DNA of 38,533 nucleotides. Source: a virus. The notes beneath the pieces were generated by a model. The model ran no database searches. It saw only the letters and a program-made list of their open reading frames with translations, and was not told the origin of the DNA. This document shows, piece after piece, positions 9,667-19,930 of this stretch (positions are counted from its first letter, which is position 1; each line of letters starts with the position of its first letter). The translations under genes were made by a program, and so were the position numbers. The stretch spans positions 1-38,533 of the IMG/VR virus record IMGVR_UViG_3300045988_077292, one strand, 5' to 3'.

Positions 9667-9776
9667 TGCGGAACCTTGAATACCCGCCGATGCTTGAGGG
9701 CACGGCGGAGGAGCAGCTGCGGCAGCTGAGAGAGTATCTTATCCGGCTTATCCAGAAACTCAACGAAGAGGAATGA
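9666..9776 (+). CDS. Small 36-aa ORF (MRNLEYPPMLEGTAEEQLRQLREYLIRLIQKLNEEE), coupled to the preceding gene
   Basis: TAATG stop/start overlap at 9664-9668. It fills the gap before 9781 and is predicted helical. It is below the length cutoff of the ORF track. Confidence 0.4.
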   Translation: MRNLEYPPMLEGTAEEQLRQLREYLIRLIQKLNEEE

Positions 9777-9780
9777 AACT

Positions 9781-11705
<1,925 letters not shown>

Positions 11706-11709
<4 letters not shown>

Positions 11710-12551
11710 GCGAGGGATATATAATCGGCGGGGGCGGGAGCGACCTCAATTTTAAGGTCATCGCCGTCGCGTCAGAATCCGCTCTGCCGACCTCGGCGGC
11801 AGAGAACACCATCGCCGTTATCACGACCACGCCGATCACGTCCTATGTGTTTAGCTCGACTGCGCCCACGTCCCCCACGGAGGGCATGGTGTGGGCGTTG
11901 ACGGATAAGTCCTCCATAGCCGCCTTTAACGCTATCAGACGCAATGGGCTGTGGGTCTACCCCCTAAGCTGTCAACAGTACATCTCCGGCGCGTGGATTG
12001 AAAAAAACGCAAAGTCATATCTCAATGGTGCGTGGTCTGATTGGTGGGACGGCTCCTACTACAAGCCCGGTAATCAAGAGATTTTCATTACCGGCGGATG
12101 GCAGAAGTTTGCAAAAAACAGTGGCGTCAATAGAGTGACATTTTATCCGTCAGAGATACATTTTGGCGTACAATACCAACCCGATCCGGGATATGGCGGG
12201 ATAATCTGTACCAACAACAAAATTGATGTTACTAATTTAAGCTCGTTGAACATAAGGAAGGCCTGTCAACCACCCACGACAGATGTTGCGAATATTCCGA
12301 ACGCGGGCTTTGGGCTGTTGTCCAATGCTACATATGTCAGTCCAAGCAGCTCTAGCGGATGGGTTGCAATGGCGGTCATATACTATACTCAAAGCTATGG
12401 CGCAAACAAAGTATACTCTACATCGAGGCTTGACATATCGGGGCTGAGCGGTAGCTACTACATAGCGATAGGCAATGAGTGGCCGGCCGATTACAACCAC
12501 TATGGCGGGTCAGAGATGTGGGTGCCGAGAATCTGGGGAGAAAATCTATGA
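11706..12551 (+). CDS. Tail fibre-associated / putative receptor-binding protein (281 aa)
   Basis: ATGA overlap with the fibre gene. The N-terminus GGGGSDLNFKV...ENTIAV...GMVW...QQYISGAW resembles conserved Clostridia-phage tail proteins. The 3' half is visibly more AT-rich. Confidence 0.55.
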
Positions 12552-12874
12552 CAATTTATATAGACAACGACTATAAGTGCCACGTCACGGACGACGGCAC
12601 GATGACCGCCGTCGAGACTGATGCCTTTGACGGCATGTGCACGGAGTACATCGAGGGCTATCGCTTTGTCCCCGCGGGTCAGACATGGACACGCTCGGAC
12701 GGCGTAGAGTTTGCGGGCAAGATGATCTCCCCATGGAGACCGTGGGCGGAGCTTGACGCGGCACAGCGGGAATACGAGCGCCAGCAGCTCGCAGATATGC
12801 AAGCAGCCCTCTCGGAGGCACTGACGACCTCCGAGATAACCGCCGCGATAGACGAGGGGGTGAACAGCATATGA
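12548..12874 (+). CDS. Hypothetical tail-module protein (108 aa from ATG 12548)
   Basis: ATGA overlap with the upstream stop. The track start 12479 would overlap the upstream gene by 70 nt. Confidence 0.55.
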   Translation: MTIYIDNDYKCHVTDDGTMTAVETDAFDGMCTEYIEGYRFVPAGQTWTRSDGVEFAGKMISPWRPWAELDAAQREYERQQLADMQAALSEALTTSEITAAIDEGVNSI

Positions 12875-13320
12875 CCAAGACCGAGACGCTCGCCGTTATA
12901 CGCGACAGCGCCCGCAATGCGGCGCTCTATCTCCAAACCTGCGCCGGAAACATGACCGGCACGGAGCTGTACGCCGAGGAGGAGTATATCCCCTCATTCG
13001 CCGCCATGTCCGCCTCCGGCAATATGCTTGACCGCCCCGAGGGCTTTGTCTGTCGCTCTTCGGCTGGGCGCGTCGTGTGGCTCATACAGCCCTACAACAG
13101 CGGCATCTACCCCGGAGAGCCGGAGACGCTGCCTGCACAGTGGGGCTTTAAGTGGTCGACCGACCCGGCTAAAGCGCTGCCGTTTATCTCGCTCTCAACA
13201 AGCCCGTACATGACCGGCGACTGCTGCACCGACGGCGGCAAGACGTACCGGAGCAAGATGGACAACAACGTGTATTCCCCGGCGGACTATCCCGCCGGAT
13301 GGGAGGAGGTTACATCATGA
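12871..13320 (+). CDS. Hypothetical protein with a CBM5/12-like C-terminal motif (149 aa)
   Basis: ATGA coupling. The C-terminus YMTGDCCTDGGKTYRSKMDNNVYSPADYPAGWEEV resembles the Y..GD...Y.G..Y......P....W carbohydrate-binding pattern. Confidence 0.5.
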   Translation: MTKTETLAVIRDSARNAALYLQTCAGNMTGTELYAEEEYIPSFAAMSASGNMLDRPEGFVCRSSAGRVVWLIQPYNSGIYPGEPETLPAQWGFKWSTDPAKALPFISLSTSPYMTGDCCTDGGKTYRSKMDNNVYSPADYPAGWEEVTS

Positions 13321-14024
13321 GCATCAACCAAGACGCCGTAGCGTGGGCACGGCGCATTGCCGCCGACGACAGTCACGGCTACGACCAGACCAACCGCTGG
13401 GGCGCGGATTACGATTGCAGCAGCTTTGTGATCAGTGCATTTAAGGCGGCGGGCGTGCCTCTGGAGTGTACATACACCGGCGATATGCGCGGGGATATGC
13501 TGCGCCGGGGCTTTGCGGACGTCACAGCGTCCGTCAACCTTTCAAGCGGCGCGGGCGTGCAGGAGGGCGACGTACTGCTCAACTACGCGCGACACACGTC
13601 GCTCGCCATCGGCGGCGGACGCATCGTACAGGCGAGTATCAACGAGCGCGGCACGGCGACAGGCGGTACGCCCGGCGATCAGACCGGCAGGGAGATATAC
13701 GAGCGCGCGTACTACAACTACCCGTGGGACTGCGTGCTGCGGTACGTCGGTGATGGCGCGGCAGATGAAGAGGCCGGCGGAGAGTATGTGCCGTCGTACT
13801 GGTACTCCATCAAGCTGCCGCTGCTCAAGCAGGGCATGACGGACCACTCGGTCAACACCGTGCAGCACCTACTGAGGGCATACGGCTATTATGTCGGAGA
13901 CATTACCGGCACGATGGACGCCGCAACCGTCGAGGCGGTCAGGGGTTATCAAGCGAGCCAATGGCTGGATATAGACGGTGAGGTCGGCGTCTTGACGTGG
14001 GGCGTCCTGCTGCAAAGGGGGTGA
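13317..14024 (+). CDS. Endolysin: Cys-His peptidoglycan hydrolase domain (Amidase_5 / CHAP-NlpC-P60 superfamily) plus C-terminal PG_binding_1 domain
   Basis: YDCSSFV with a downstream ARHTSLAIGGG gives the Cys/His signature. The C-terminus GMTDHSVNTVQHLLRAYGYYVGDITGTMDAATVEAVRGYQ...DGEVGVLTWGVLL is a classic peptidoglycan-binding repeat. ATGA coupling at 13317. Confidence 0.85.
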   Translation: MSINQDAVAWARRIAADDSHGYDQTNRWGADYDCSSFVISAFKAAGVPLECTYTGDMRGDMLRRGFADVTASVNLSSGAGVQEGDVLLNYARHTSLAIGGGRIVQASINERGTATGGTPGDQTGREIYERAYYNYPWDCVLRYVGDGAADEEAGGEYVPSYWYSIKLPLLKQGMTDHSVNTVQHLLRAYGYYVGDITGTMDAATVEAVRGYQASQWLDIDGEVGVLTWGVLLQRG

Positions 14025-14082
14025 GGCAGGCATGAGATAGACGATTTAACAGCATGCTCAACGCTTAAACATGGAGGATAAA

Positions 14083-14352
14083 ATGTATATCACTTGGCAG
14101 AGCATCGTGACCGCGGGGGCGGTCATCACGGCGATCGTCGCAATCGTCAAATACTACAACCGCGGTCTGCACTGGGTCGACCGCCAGAACGCGCAGGACG
14201 CAGACATCAAGCTGCTCAAGGACGAGCAGACGCTGCTGACCTATGGCGTGCTGGCGTGTCTCAAAGGGCTAAAGGAGAAGGGCTGCAACGGCCCCGTGAC
14301 GGCAGCCATCGACAAAATCGAGAAGCACCTCAATATCGAAGCACACAAATAA
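14083..14352 (+). CDS. Putative holin / lysis membrane protein (89 aa, one N-terminal TM plus a charged helix)
   Basis: GGAGG sits 5 nt before ATG 14083. It has a TM segment IVTAGAVITAIVAIV and lies next to the endolysin. Confidence 0.6.
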   Translation: MYITWQSIVTAGAVITAIVAIVKYYNRGLHWVDRQNAQDADIKLLKDEQTLLTYGVLACLKGLKEKGCNGPVTAAIDKIEKHLNIEAHK

Positions 14353-14387
14353 AAAAGTGCCCAGACGGGCACGGAAGGAGAAAAATT

Positions 14388-14717
14388 ATGAATGAGATAA
14401 TCACAACCTACGGCATGGAGATTGTTAAGGCAATCGTCATAATGATCTTTGGCTATATCGGCATCGTCCTCAAAAACCTTGCCGCCAAGTACATCACGAC
14501 CGAGACGGCTAAAAAGGTCGCCAAGACCACGGTGGCCTACGTGGAGCAGGTGTACAAGGATATCCACGGAGAGGACAAGCTCGCCGTCGCGCTCAAGACC
14601 GCGTCGGAGATACTCGCGAACAAGGGCATAGTTGTAACTGACACCGAGCTGCGTGCCCTCGTCGAGGCCGCGGTCAAGGAGCTTAACGACAGATACCACG
14701 AGACCCAGAACGAATAA
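14388..14717 (+). CDS. Holin, LL-H-like family (109 aa)
   Basis: RBS GGAAGGAG, N-terminal TM IVKAIVIMIFGYIGIVL, then AKKVAKTTVAYVEQ...GEDKL...ILANKGIVVTDTELRALVEAAVKELN, which is characteristic of LL-H type holins. Confidence 0.75.
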   Translation: MNEIITTYGMEIVKAIVIMIFGYIGIVLKNLAAKYITTETAKKVAKTTVAYVEQVYKDIHGEDKLAVALKTASEILANKGIVVTDTELRALVEAAVKELNDRYHETQNE

Positions 14718-14738
14718 ATTCTAACACGGGAGGCGGCT

Positions 14739-15002
14739 ATGGAATACTACAATGCGGCAAGAGGCAGACTGCCGGAAGAACTGGCGGCGCTCATGCGCGA
14801 CGACCGAGTGACCGCGATAAAACAGGCGGGGCTTGGACGCATGGATGAGCAGATAGCTATCCAGTACTTTATAGAACGCATCCCGCAAGCAGACGTGGCG
14901 GTGATAGTCGGACGCGAGCGCTCGACCGTGACGCGCAGACTGAAAGCTATCACGCCGCAAATCCGCCACACTGCGGCGCTCTTGTCAAAGCTGCCGCAGT
15001 AA
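14739..15002 (+). CDS. Small sigma-70 region-4-like HTH protein (87 aa), candidate transcription regulator
   Basis: DEQIAIQYFIERIPQADVAVIVGRERSTVTRRLKAI matches the sigma region 4 / LuxR-type HTH pattern. RBS GGGAGG. Confidence 0.5.
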   Translation: MEYYNAARGRLPEELAALMRDDRVTAIKQAGLGRMDEQIAIQYFIERIPQADVAVIVGRERSTVTRRLKAITPQIRHTAALLSKLPQ

Positions 15003-15132
15003 TACAAAAGCAAGCAAAAAAGAGACACCAACACAAAGGTGTCAAGTGCTTTCTGCAAATTTCTCAAAAAACCCGGAACAAACCGTACACGGCTGTGGAC
15101 TACTTACCGCAGTAATACACATAAGTGCACAG

Positions 15133-15170
15133 AAGCACCGCAGGGATTCACCCCGCGGTGCTTTGCTTTT
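15133..15170 (+). terminator. Rho-independent terminator closing the late/lysis operon
   Basis: AAGCACCGC(a)GGG attcac CCCGCGGTGCTT followed by TGCTTTT. Confidence 0.75.
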
Positions 15171-15201
15171 GAGATAATAGATACAGAAAGGGTGTGACAC
15201 T

Positions 15202-15573
15202 ATGGGTTACAACAACATGGGCAATGTCCCATATTACGGACAGCCGCAGTACCAGATGCAGAGCGGGAACATCCAGCAGCCGATGAATGCAGTTTCTCAG
15301 CCGGGATATTCAGTGCGCCCGGTGGGCAGCCGGGAAGAGGCAGTCGGTGCGCAGGTGGACTTCATGGGTCCCGGCACACTCATGCCGGACTTCGGGCATG
15401 GAGTGATCTATTTCAAGAGATTCAATCCAAACAAGGGGTCGACAGAACTCTTTGACTTCCGGGTTACACCTCCGGAGGAGCAGCCCAAGTATGCGACGCT
15501 CGCGGACCTTGATGCGCTGCGCGCGGAGCTGACAGCGAAGAAACCGGCAAGGAGGAAAGACGATGCCGAATAG
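15202..15573 (+). CDS. Accessory protein 1: Gln/Pro/Tyr-rich N-terminus, folded C-terminus (123 aa), unknown function
   Basis: Clean ORF after the terminator, starting MGYNNMGNVPYYGQPQYQMQSGNIQQP. Confidence 0.55.
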   Translation: MGYNNMGNVPYYGQPQYQMQSGNIQQPMNAVSQPGYSVRPVGSREEAVGAQVDFMGPGTLMPDFGHGVIYFKRFNPNKGSTELFDFRVTPPEEQPKYATLADLDALRAELTAKKPARRKDDAE

Positions 15574-15889
15574 TATGCTTGACAGGATAATCCCGCCGCA
15601 GATGCGCAGCAACCTCAAGGGAATGGCGACACAGGCGATAGGCGGGATGAAGCAGATGGGGCAGATGGCAACGGAAGCGGAGACCATAATGACCCTCGTA
15701 AGCGCTTATAAGAGCGGCAACCTCGCGTCGGTAATACAGCAGCTCTCTGCACAGAATCCACAGATGCAGCAAGCAATGGGAATGCTGCAAGGCAAGGACA
15801 CCCAGCAGCTCCAGCAGATGGCGCAGAACATGGCAGCAGAACGGGGCATGAAAATGGAGGACGTGGCGAAGAGCCTAGGACTTATGTGA
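15563..15889 (+). CDS. Accessory protein 2: Met/Gln-rich helical protein (108 aa), unknown function
   Basis: Overlaps the previous gene by 11 nt. Composition is QMGQMATEAE...QNPQMQQAMGMLQGKDTQQLQQMAQNMAAERGMKM. Confidence 0.5.
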   Translation: MPNSMLDRIIPPQMRSNLKGMATQAIGGMKQMGQMATEAETIMTLVSAYKSGNLASVIQQLSAQNPQMQQAMGMLQGKDTQQLQQMAQNMAAERGMKMEDVAKSLGLM

Positions 15890-15995
15890 ACATAGATTCC
15901 TATCAGTTTAGCAGGTACTTGATGAAAAACTGCGCGACCCAGAATGCAGCGGGGCGCGCGACCCGGTGTAAATAAATTGATAGGAGAAAAACAAA

Positions 15996-16760
15996 ATGTC
16001 TTACAACGAGGCAATCCCCGTGGTAGATGTAGCGGGGAACGGAGGCGGCAACAGCTTCCTCGGCGGCGACGGTCTTGCCGCGATAATCATCATAGCACTG
16101 CTCTTCGGTTGGGGACGCGGCGGCTATGGCAACGGCAACGGTGACGGAGGCGGCAACGCCAGCGGCGCAGCTGCGGGCTATGTGCTGGCGACGGACTTCG
16201 CAAACATCGAGCGGAAGATAGACGGCGTGAACAACGGGCTGTGTGACGGCCTCTATGCACAGGCACAGCTTGTCAACGGAGTTACGCAGTCTATTGGCAA
16301 CGGCTTTGCGGCGGCGGAGCTGAGCCGCGCCAACCAGCAGGCGGCACTTATGCAGCAGCTTTACGGCATGCAGCGGGCGGCGGACAACTGCTGCTGTGAG
16401 AACCGACAGGCTATCGCACAGGTGCGCTACGACATGGCAACGCAGAGCTGCGACACGCGCAACACCGTGCAGACGGCGACCCGTGACGTGATCGATGCGC
16501 TCAATGCGGGCTTCCGCGGGATAGACCAGCGTCTGACCATGCAGGAGCTTGCGGCGAAGGACGCAAGAATCGCGGAGCAGGACCGTCAGCTGTTCCTGTC
16601 TGCGCTTGCCGGGTCCCAGGCAACACAGACGGAATCCCTCAAGGCATATGTGAACAACCAGTTCACGTATTACAATCCTCGCCCTGTCCCGTCGTTCAGC
16701 GTCCCGGCTCCATTCCAGTATACGGGGTGCGGTAATGGCTGCGGCAATTGCGGCTGCTGA
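15996..16760 (+). CDS. Accessory protein 3: Gly-rich/TM N-terminus, helical core with a CCC triplet, C-terminal GCGNGCGNCGC tail (254 aa)
   Basis: RBS AGGAGAAAAACAAA ATG. It has a TM segment LAAIIIIALLFGW flanked by G/N-rich tracts, and terminal Cys-Gly repeats. Confidence 0.6.
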   Translation: MSYNEAIPVVDVAGNGGGNSFLGGDGLAAIIIIALLFGWGRGGYGNGNGDGGGNASGAAAGYVLATDFANIERKIDGVNNGLCDGLYAQAQLVNGVTQSIGNGFAAAELSRANQQAALMQQLYGMQRAADNCCCENRQAIAQVRYDMATQSCDTRNTVQTATRDVIDALNAGFRGIDQRLTMQELAAKDARIAEQDRQLFLSALAGSQATQTESLKAYVNNQFTYYNPRPVPSFSVPAPFQYTGCGNGCGNCGC

Positions 16761-16812
16761 CAGCAAGGTGTATCGGGGCGGATAACCTCCGCCCTTGAAA
16801 GGAGGAGCAATT

Positions 16813-17205
16813 ATGTCTTGTAAGAATGTATGCCGTCTCTGCAAGCGGCTTGTCATCAGCCAAGCTGTGACCTACGACAGCGGGGTGCTCACCGTCAACC
16901 TCCCCGATGGGAGCTATGCGGACGGAGAAAAGTACTGCATCGTGATAGCACAGACTATTCCGTCAACGGCGATCATCGGCGCGCCGGTGGTGTTCACTAT
17001 CGGCACGGGAACGGCGACCTTCCCCATGGTCAACCGCTGCTGTGCACAGGTGACGGCAGCAGGCATCAGAACGCGAACGAGGTACAGCGTTGTGGTGAAC
17101 ACGAGCACCACAGGGGCAAGCTTCAAAATGCTTGGGAATCCTTGCTGCACGCCGGACTACTCTCTGCCGGCAGTCAGCACGGCGACGGGAGGTGTGACCA
17201 CATGA
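16813..17205 (+). CDS. Accessory protein 4: Cys-rich beta-type protein (130 aa from ATG 16813)
   Basis: AAAGGAGGA sits 6 nt before ATG 16813. Starts MSCKNVCRLCKRL and carries CC pairs at NRCCAQ and NPCCTP. Confidence 0.55.
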   Translation: MSCKNVCRLCKRLVISQAVTYDSGVLTVNLPDGSYADGEKYCIVIAQTIPSTAIIGAPVVFTIGTGTATFPMVNRCCAQVTAAGIRTRTRYSVVVNTSTTGASFKMLGNPCCTPDYSLPAVSTATGGVTT

Positions 17206-17777
17206 GAAATGGACGCATGATATTTCTCCCCGACAGCGGGGTAGAACCCGGACGCGACGGACGCTACGACGATCTGCGCCCGGCACGGTACGCCAGAGAG
17301 AGCGAGCCGCGGTATGAACGGACACCCTACTACTATCGTGAGCCGCGCCGCATAGGCTTTGACAGAGACCCATACTCACGCCGCTACGGCGACACACGGA
17401 TGGGCGGAGGCCAGAGCTACGGCGTAGACTACAGCCGCGGGTACGGCGGGTACAGCGAGTATGACGGCGACGAGTGCCTGAGCTGGGAAGAGGCAAAGGA
17501 CTGGATGATGCACCTGCGCGACACGGACGGTAAGACCGGTCCGCATTGGAACATCGACCAGACCAACAAAGCCTTTGAAAAGAAAAAGCTCGACTGCGAG
17601 CCGCACGAGTTCTGGGCGACGATGAACATGCTGTATTCCGATTACGGCAGCGTCGCAAAAAAATTCGGCGTAGACAACGCGGACTTCTTCGCGTGCCTCG
17701 CCGAGGCTTTCCTCAATGACGACGACGCCGTTGAGAATAAGCTGGCTACCTACTATGACTGTATAGTGGAGCATTGA
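17202..17777 (+). CDS. Accessory protein 5: Arg/Tyr/Gly/Asp-rich disordered N-terminus plus conserved-looking helical C-terminal domain (191 aa)
   Basis: ATGA overlap with the previous stop (17202-17205). The longer track ORF from 16830 overlaps gene 4 out of frame, so I discarded its N-terminal part. Confidence 0.55.
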   Translation: MRNGRMIFLPDSGVEPGRDGRYDDLRPARYARESEPRYERTPYYYREPRRIGFDRDPYSRRYGDTRMGGGQSYGVDYSRGYGGYSEYDGDECLSWEEAKDWMMHLRDTDGKTGPHWNIDQTNKAFEKKKLDCEPHEFWATMNMLYSDYGSVAKKFGVDNADFFACLAEAFLNDDDAVENKLATYYDCIVEH

Positions 17778-17782
17778 AACGG

Positions 17783-17808
17783 AGAGCCGGGGAATCCCCC
17801 GGCTCTTT
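17783..17808. terminator. Bidirectional terminator between convergent genes
   Basis: AGAGCCGGGG aatc CCCCGGCTCT is a perfect 10-bp stem, followed by TTGCACGTTTTATTTT. It lies between the + gene ending at 17777 and the integrase ending at 17816. Confidence 0.7.
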
Positions 17809-17815
17809 GCACGTT

Positions 17816-19408
17816 TTATTTTCTTGGAACACAAAAGCAAAGCAAACTCTGTGTTATAAGAATTCTTGGTGCCGGTGACCCTACACCGTCAATTCTTATA
17901 ACTGTCTCGGAATCATCTGAGAAATCAAAGTCGCCACGGGGCGTGGGGTCAAGCAATGTCCACACTTTTATAAAGTCGGCATGGACTTCCACGCGGACAA
18001 CTATACTCAAAAGCAAATCATCGGTCTCTGGGGACCGGGCAAACATATTGAGAATTTCCCGCAGTTTATCTTCGGAGACTGACGCCCCGGAGACTTGGGC
18101 TTTAAGCTGGAGCATATCATGTTCCAGCTTTGCTTTTTCTGCTTCCAGCTCGGTGAGCTTGGCGGAGAGAGCGGGACTGTTCAGCCCGGACAACACAGCG
18201 TCAACGGCGGCAGCAATGCGCTTGTCAACTGCGCTGCGGCGGGTCACGAGCTGCTGCAGCTTTTCCCCGGCGCTGCCTTGAAGCTTGCTGCGCTCATCAC
18301 GCAGAATAGCCAAAAGATATTCGACATTGGCGGGAAGGCAAAACAGCTCGCGCATAGTGTCAAGCACGCGCACCTCCAAGTCGTCTACACGAATCGGCAT
18401 ACAATCACACTTGCCCTTGCGCTGCTTGGCGGAGCAAGCATAGTAATAGTACTTCCCTTTTGCCTTGGACACGACCATCGCACTTTTGCATTCTCCGCAG
18501 AACACTTTACCCTTGAGCGGGTAGCTGCGCACGACGGGCGCGCGCCCGGCTTGACTTCGTTTGTTCTCTTGCAGCTTGCGTTGCACACGCTCCCATGTAC
18601 ATCTATCTATGATGGCGGGTACGGCGTCCTCAACACGAATGACAGAGGACGCGGAAGCGTGAGAGTTGCGGCTTCCGTCCGGTCGCTTCTCGACTTTACC
18701 ATAGGTGAGAACACCGATATACTTTTCATTCTTGAGTAAGTCATGCAGAGAGTTTGTGCCGAAGGAGTTGCCGGACTTCGTGGTATACCCAGCTTCGTTG
18801 AGCGCGCGGATGATCTCTCTGTACGTCTTGCCCGATGCATACCACTTGAAAATACTGCGGACTATTTCAGCTTCAGCCTCGCACACGACGTAGCGCCCGT
18901 CGACCACGTTATAGCCCAGCGGGGGCTTGCCGCCTGTATGTCTCCCCTGCTGTGCCAGGAAGCGCATCTTCTCCGTGACCTTCTGCCGTGTCTGCAAAAC
19001 CCAGATCTGATTGAAGAGTGCCATGCTCCCCTCGGTCAAGAAGTTTGTGGGGTCGCGCAGGTCTCCGCCAACCATAGGCTGAGTGACGGAGACAACACGC
19101 ACACCAAGGCGCTCGACCTTTTCGCGGAAGTCAAACCACGCCGTCATCTTGCGAAACATACGGGACTGATCATAGATGACCACGGTGTCCGCACTGCCGA
19201 GAGAGAGCTGCCGCATCATGCGGCTGTATTCGGGGCGGTCATCCTTCATTCCGGAAACGGCCATGTCAGCAAACACATCAAGAACTGGCAAGCCGTTAGC
19301 GTCACACCAACGAGAGCATTTCACAACTTGAACTTCTATGCTGTCCTCATCCTGCCGGTCGGTACTATAACGCGCGAGTATGTACGCGCCATGATGAAGC
19401 GTGGTCAT
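17816..19408 (-). CDS. int: Large serine recombinase (integrase), 530 aa from ATG 19408
   Basis: YILARYSTDRQ is the catalytic Ser motif. A resolvase-like N-terminus is followed by a recombinase domain, a zinc ribbon (CGECKSAM...YYYACSAK...KCDC) and a C-terminal coiled coil. ATGA overlap with the upstream gene at 19405-19408. Confidence 0.9.
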   Translation of the reverse strand: MTTLHHGAYILARYSTDRQDEDSIEVQVVKCSRWCDANGLPVLDVFADMAVSGMKDDRPEYSRMMRQLSLGSADTVVIYDQSRMFRKMTAWFDFREKVERLGVRVVSVTQPMVGGDLRDPTNFLTEGSMALFNQIWVLQTRQKVTEKMRFLAQQGRHTGGKPPLGYNVVDGRYVVCEAEAEIVRSIFKWYASGKTYREIIRALNEAGYTTKSGNSFGTNSLHDLLKNEKYIGVLTYGKVEKRPDGSRNSHASASSVIRVEDAVPAIIDRCTWERVQRKLQENKRSQAGRAPVVRSYPLKGKVFCGECKSAMVVSKAKGKYYYYACSAKQRKGKCDCMPIRVDDLEVRVLDTMRELFCLPANVEYLLAILRDERSKLQGSAGEKLQQLVTRRSAVDKRIAAAVDAVLSGLNSPALSAKLTELEAEKAKLEHDMLQLKAQVSGASVSEDKLREILNMFARSPETDDLLLSIVVRVEVHADFIKVWTLLDPTPRGDFDFSDDSETVIRIDGVGSPAPRILITQSLLCFCVPRK

Positions 19409-19887
19409 CCCAGCCACCACGGGAGCGCGCACATGATGGCGGCGCGAGTGCTCACGCCGTAGTGCGTCTGCTCAATGATGGAGCGGCGGATCCATCCCAC
19501 ATTGGGGTTCAGCAGGTCAATAATAAAAAAGATGAGCACAAAGAAAACAAAGGTAACAAGCCCGGCAATGATACGCCCGTACAGCTCCGCGCGATGCCGG
19601 TCACGCCGCGCCTCTGCTTTCAGCTGCACAACAAGCGGGTCATTCGGCACGGTCACAGGCGGCGCGTCGCGGTGAGAGGCGCCGAGAATATCATCCACGC
19701 TGCCGCCGCAGACATTGATAATGTCGCACAGCAGAAAGAAAGATGGATTCTTCGGTTCCTCGCTGAGCACGCGCCGGACTGTCATGCCGGAGACCTCACA
19801 GCGCTTGGCAAGCTCATCGTAGCTCAGCCCGCTGGCAGAAACAAGCGCACGTATTCTCTCCATAACGGTCTCTTCCTTTTGCGTCAT
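19405..19887 (-). CDS. Membrane-anchored XRE-family HTH protein (160 aa), first gene of the integrase operon
   Basis: GGAGGAGGA RBS before ATG 19887. HTH SGLSYDELAKRCEVSGMTVRRVL, and C-terminal TM IIAGLVTFVFFVLIFFIIDLL. Confidence 0.7.
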   Translation of the reverse strand: MTQKEETVMERIRALVSASGLSYDELAKRCEVSGMTVRRVLSEEPKNPSFFLLCDIINVCGGSVDDILGASHRDAPPVTVPNDPLVVQLKAEARRDRHRAELYGRIIAGLVTFVFFVLIFFIIDLLNPNVGWIRRSIIEQTHYGVSTRAAIMCALPWWLG

Positions 19888-19930
19888 TTTATCCTCCTCC
19901 ATTCGTTTTTTAGATATAAAGATCCCGCCC

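Noticed and set aside
14345-14372. AATAAAAAAGTGCCCAGACGGGCAC, partly resembling the 24-bp late box (ATAAAAAGTGCC) and forming a 6-bp hairpin.
   Set aside because: The match is only about 12 nt with an extra A. No -10 element follows at the conserved spacing, and the next start codon is 16 nt away. It is probably just an inter-cistronic hairpin.
14994-15119. 13-bp direct repeat CCGCAGTAATACA at 14994 and 15107, considered as att-core or duplication scar.
   Set aside because: It is short. Several 13-mer coincidences are expected genome-wide, there is no flanking similarity, and it is far from the integrase. I kept it only as a weak note.
16830-17201. N-terminal 124 codons of the track ORF 16830-17777.
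   Set aside because: This part overlaps gene 16813-17205 out of frame and is Arg/His/Gly-rich nonsense. ATG 17202, with an ATGA overlap to the upstream stop, is the credible start.
17783-17808. Palindrome AGAGCCGGGGaatcCCCCGGCTCT considered as the serine-integrase attP core.
   Set aside because: It has a perfect stem, a 4-nt loop and a T-rich tail between convergent genes, which fits an ordinary bidirectional terminator. attP sites are usually imperfect and longer. It cannot be excluded without prophage junction data.
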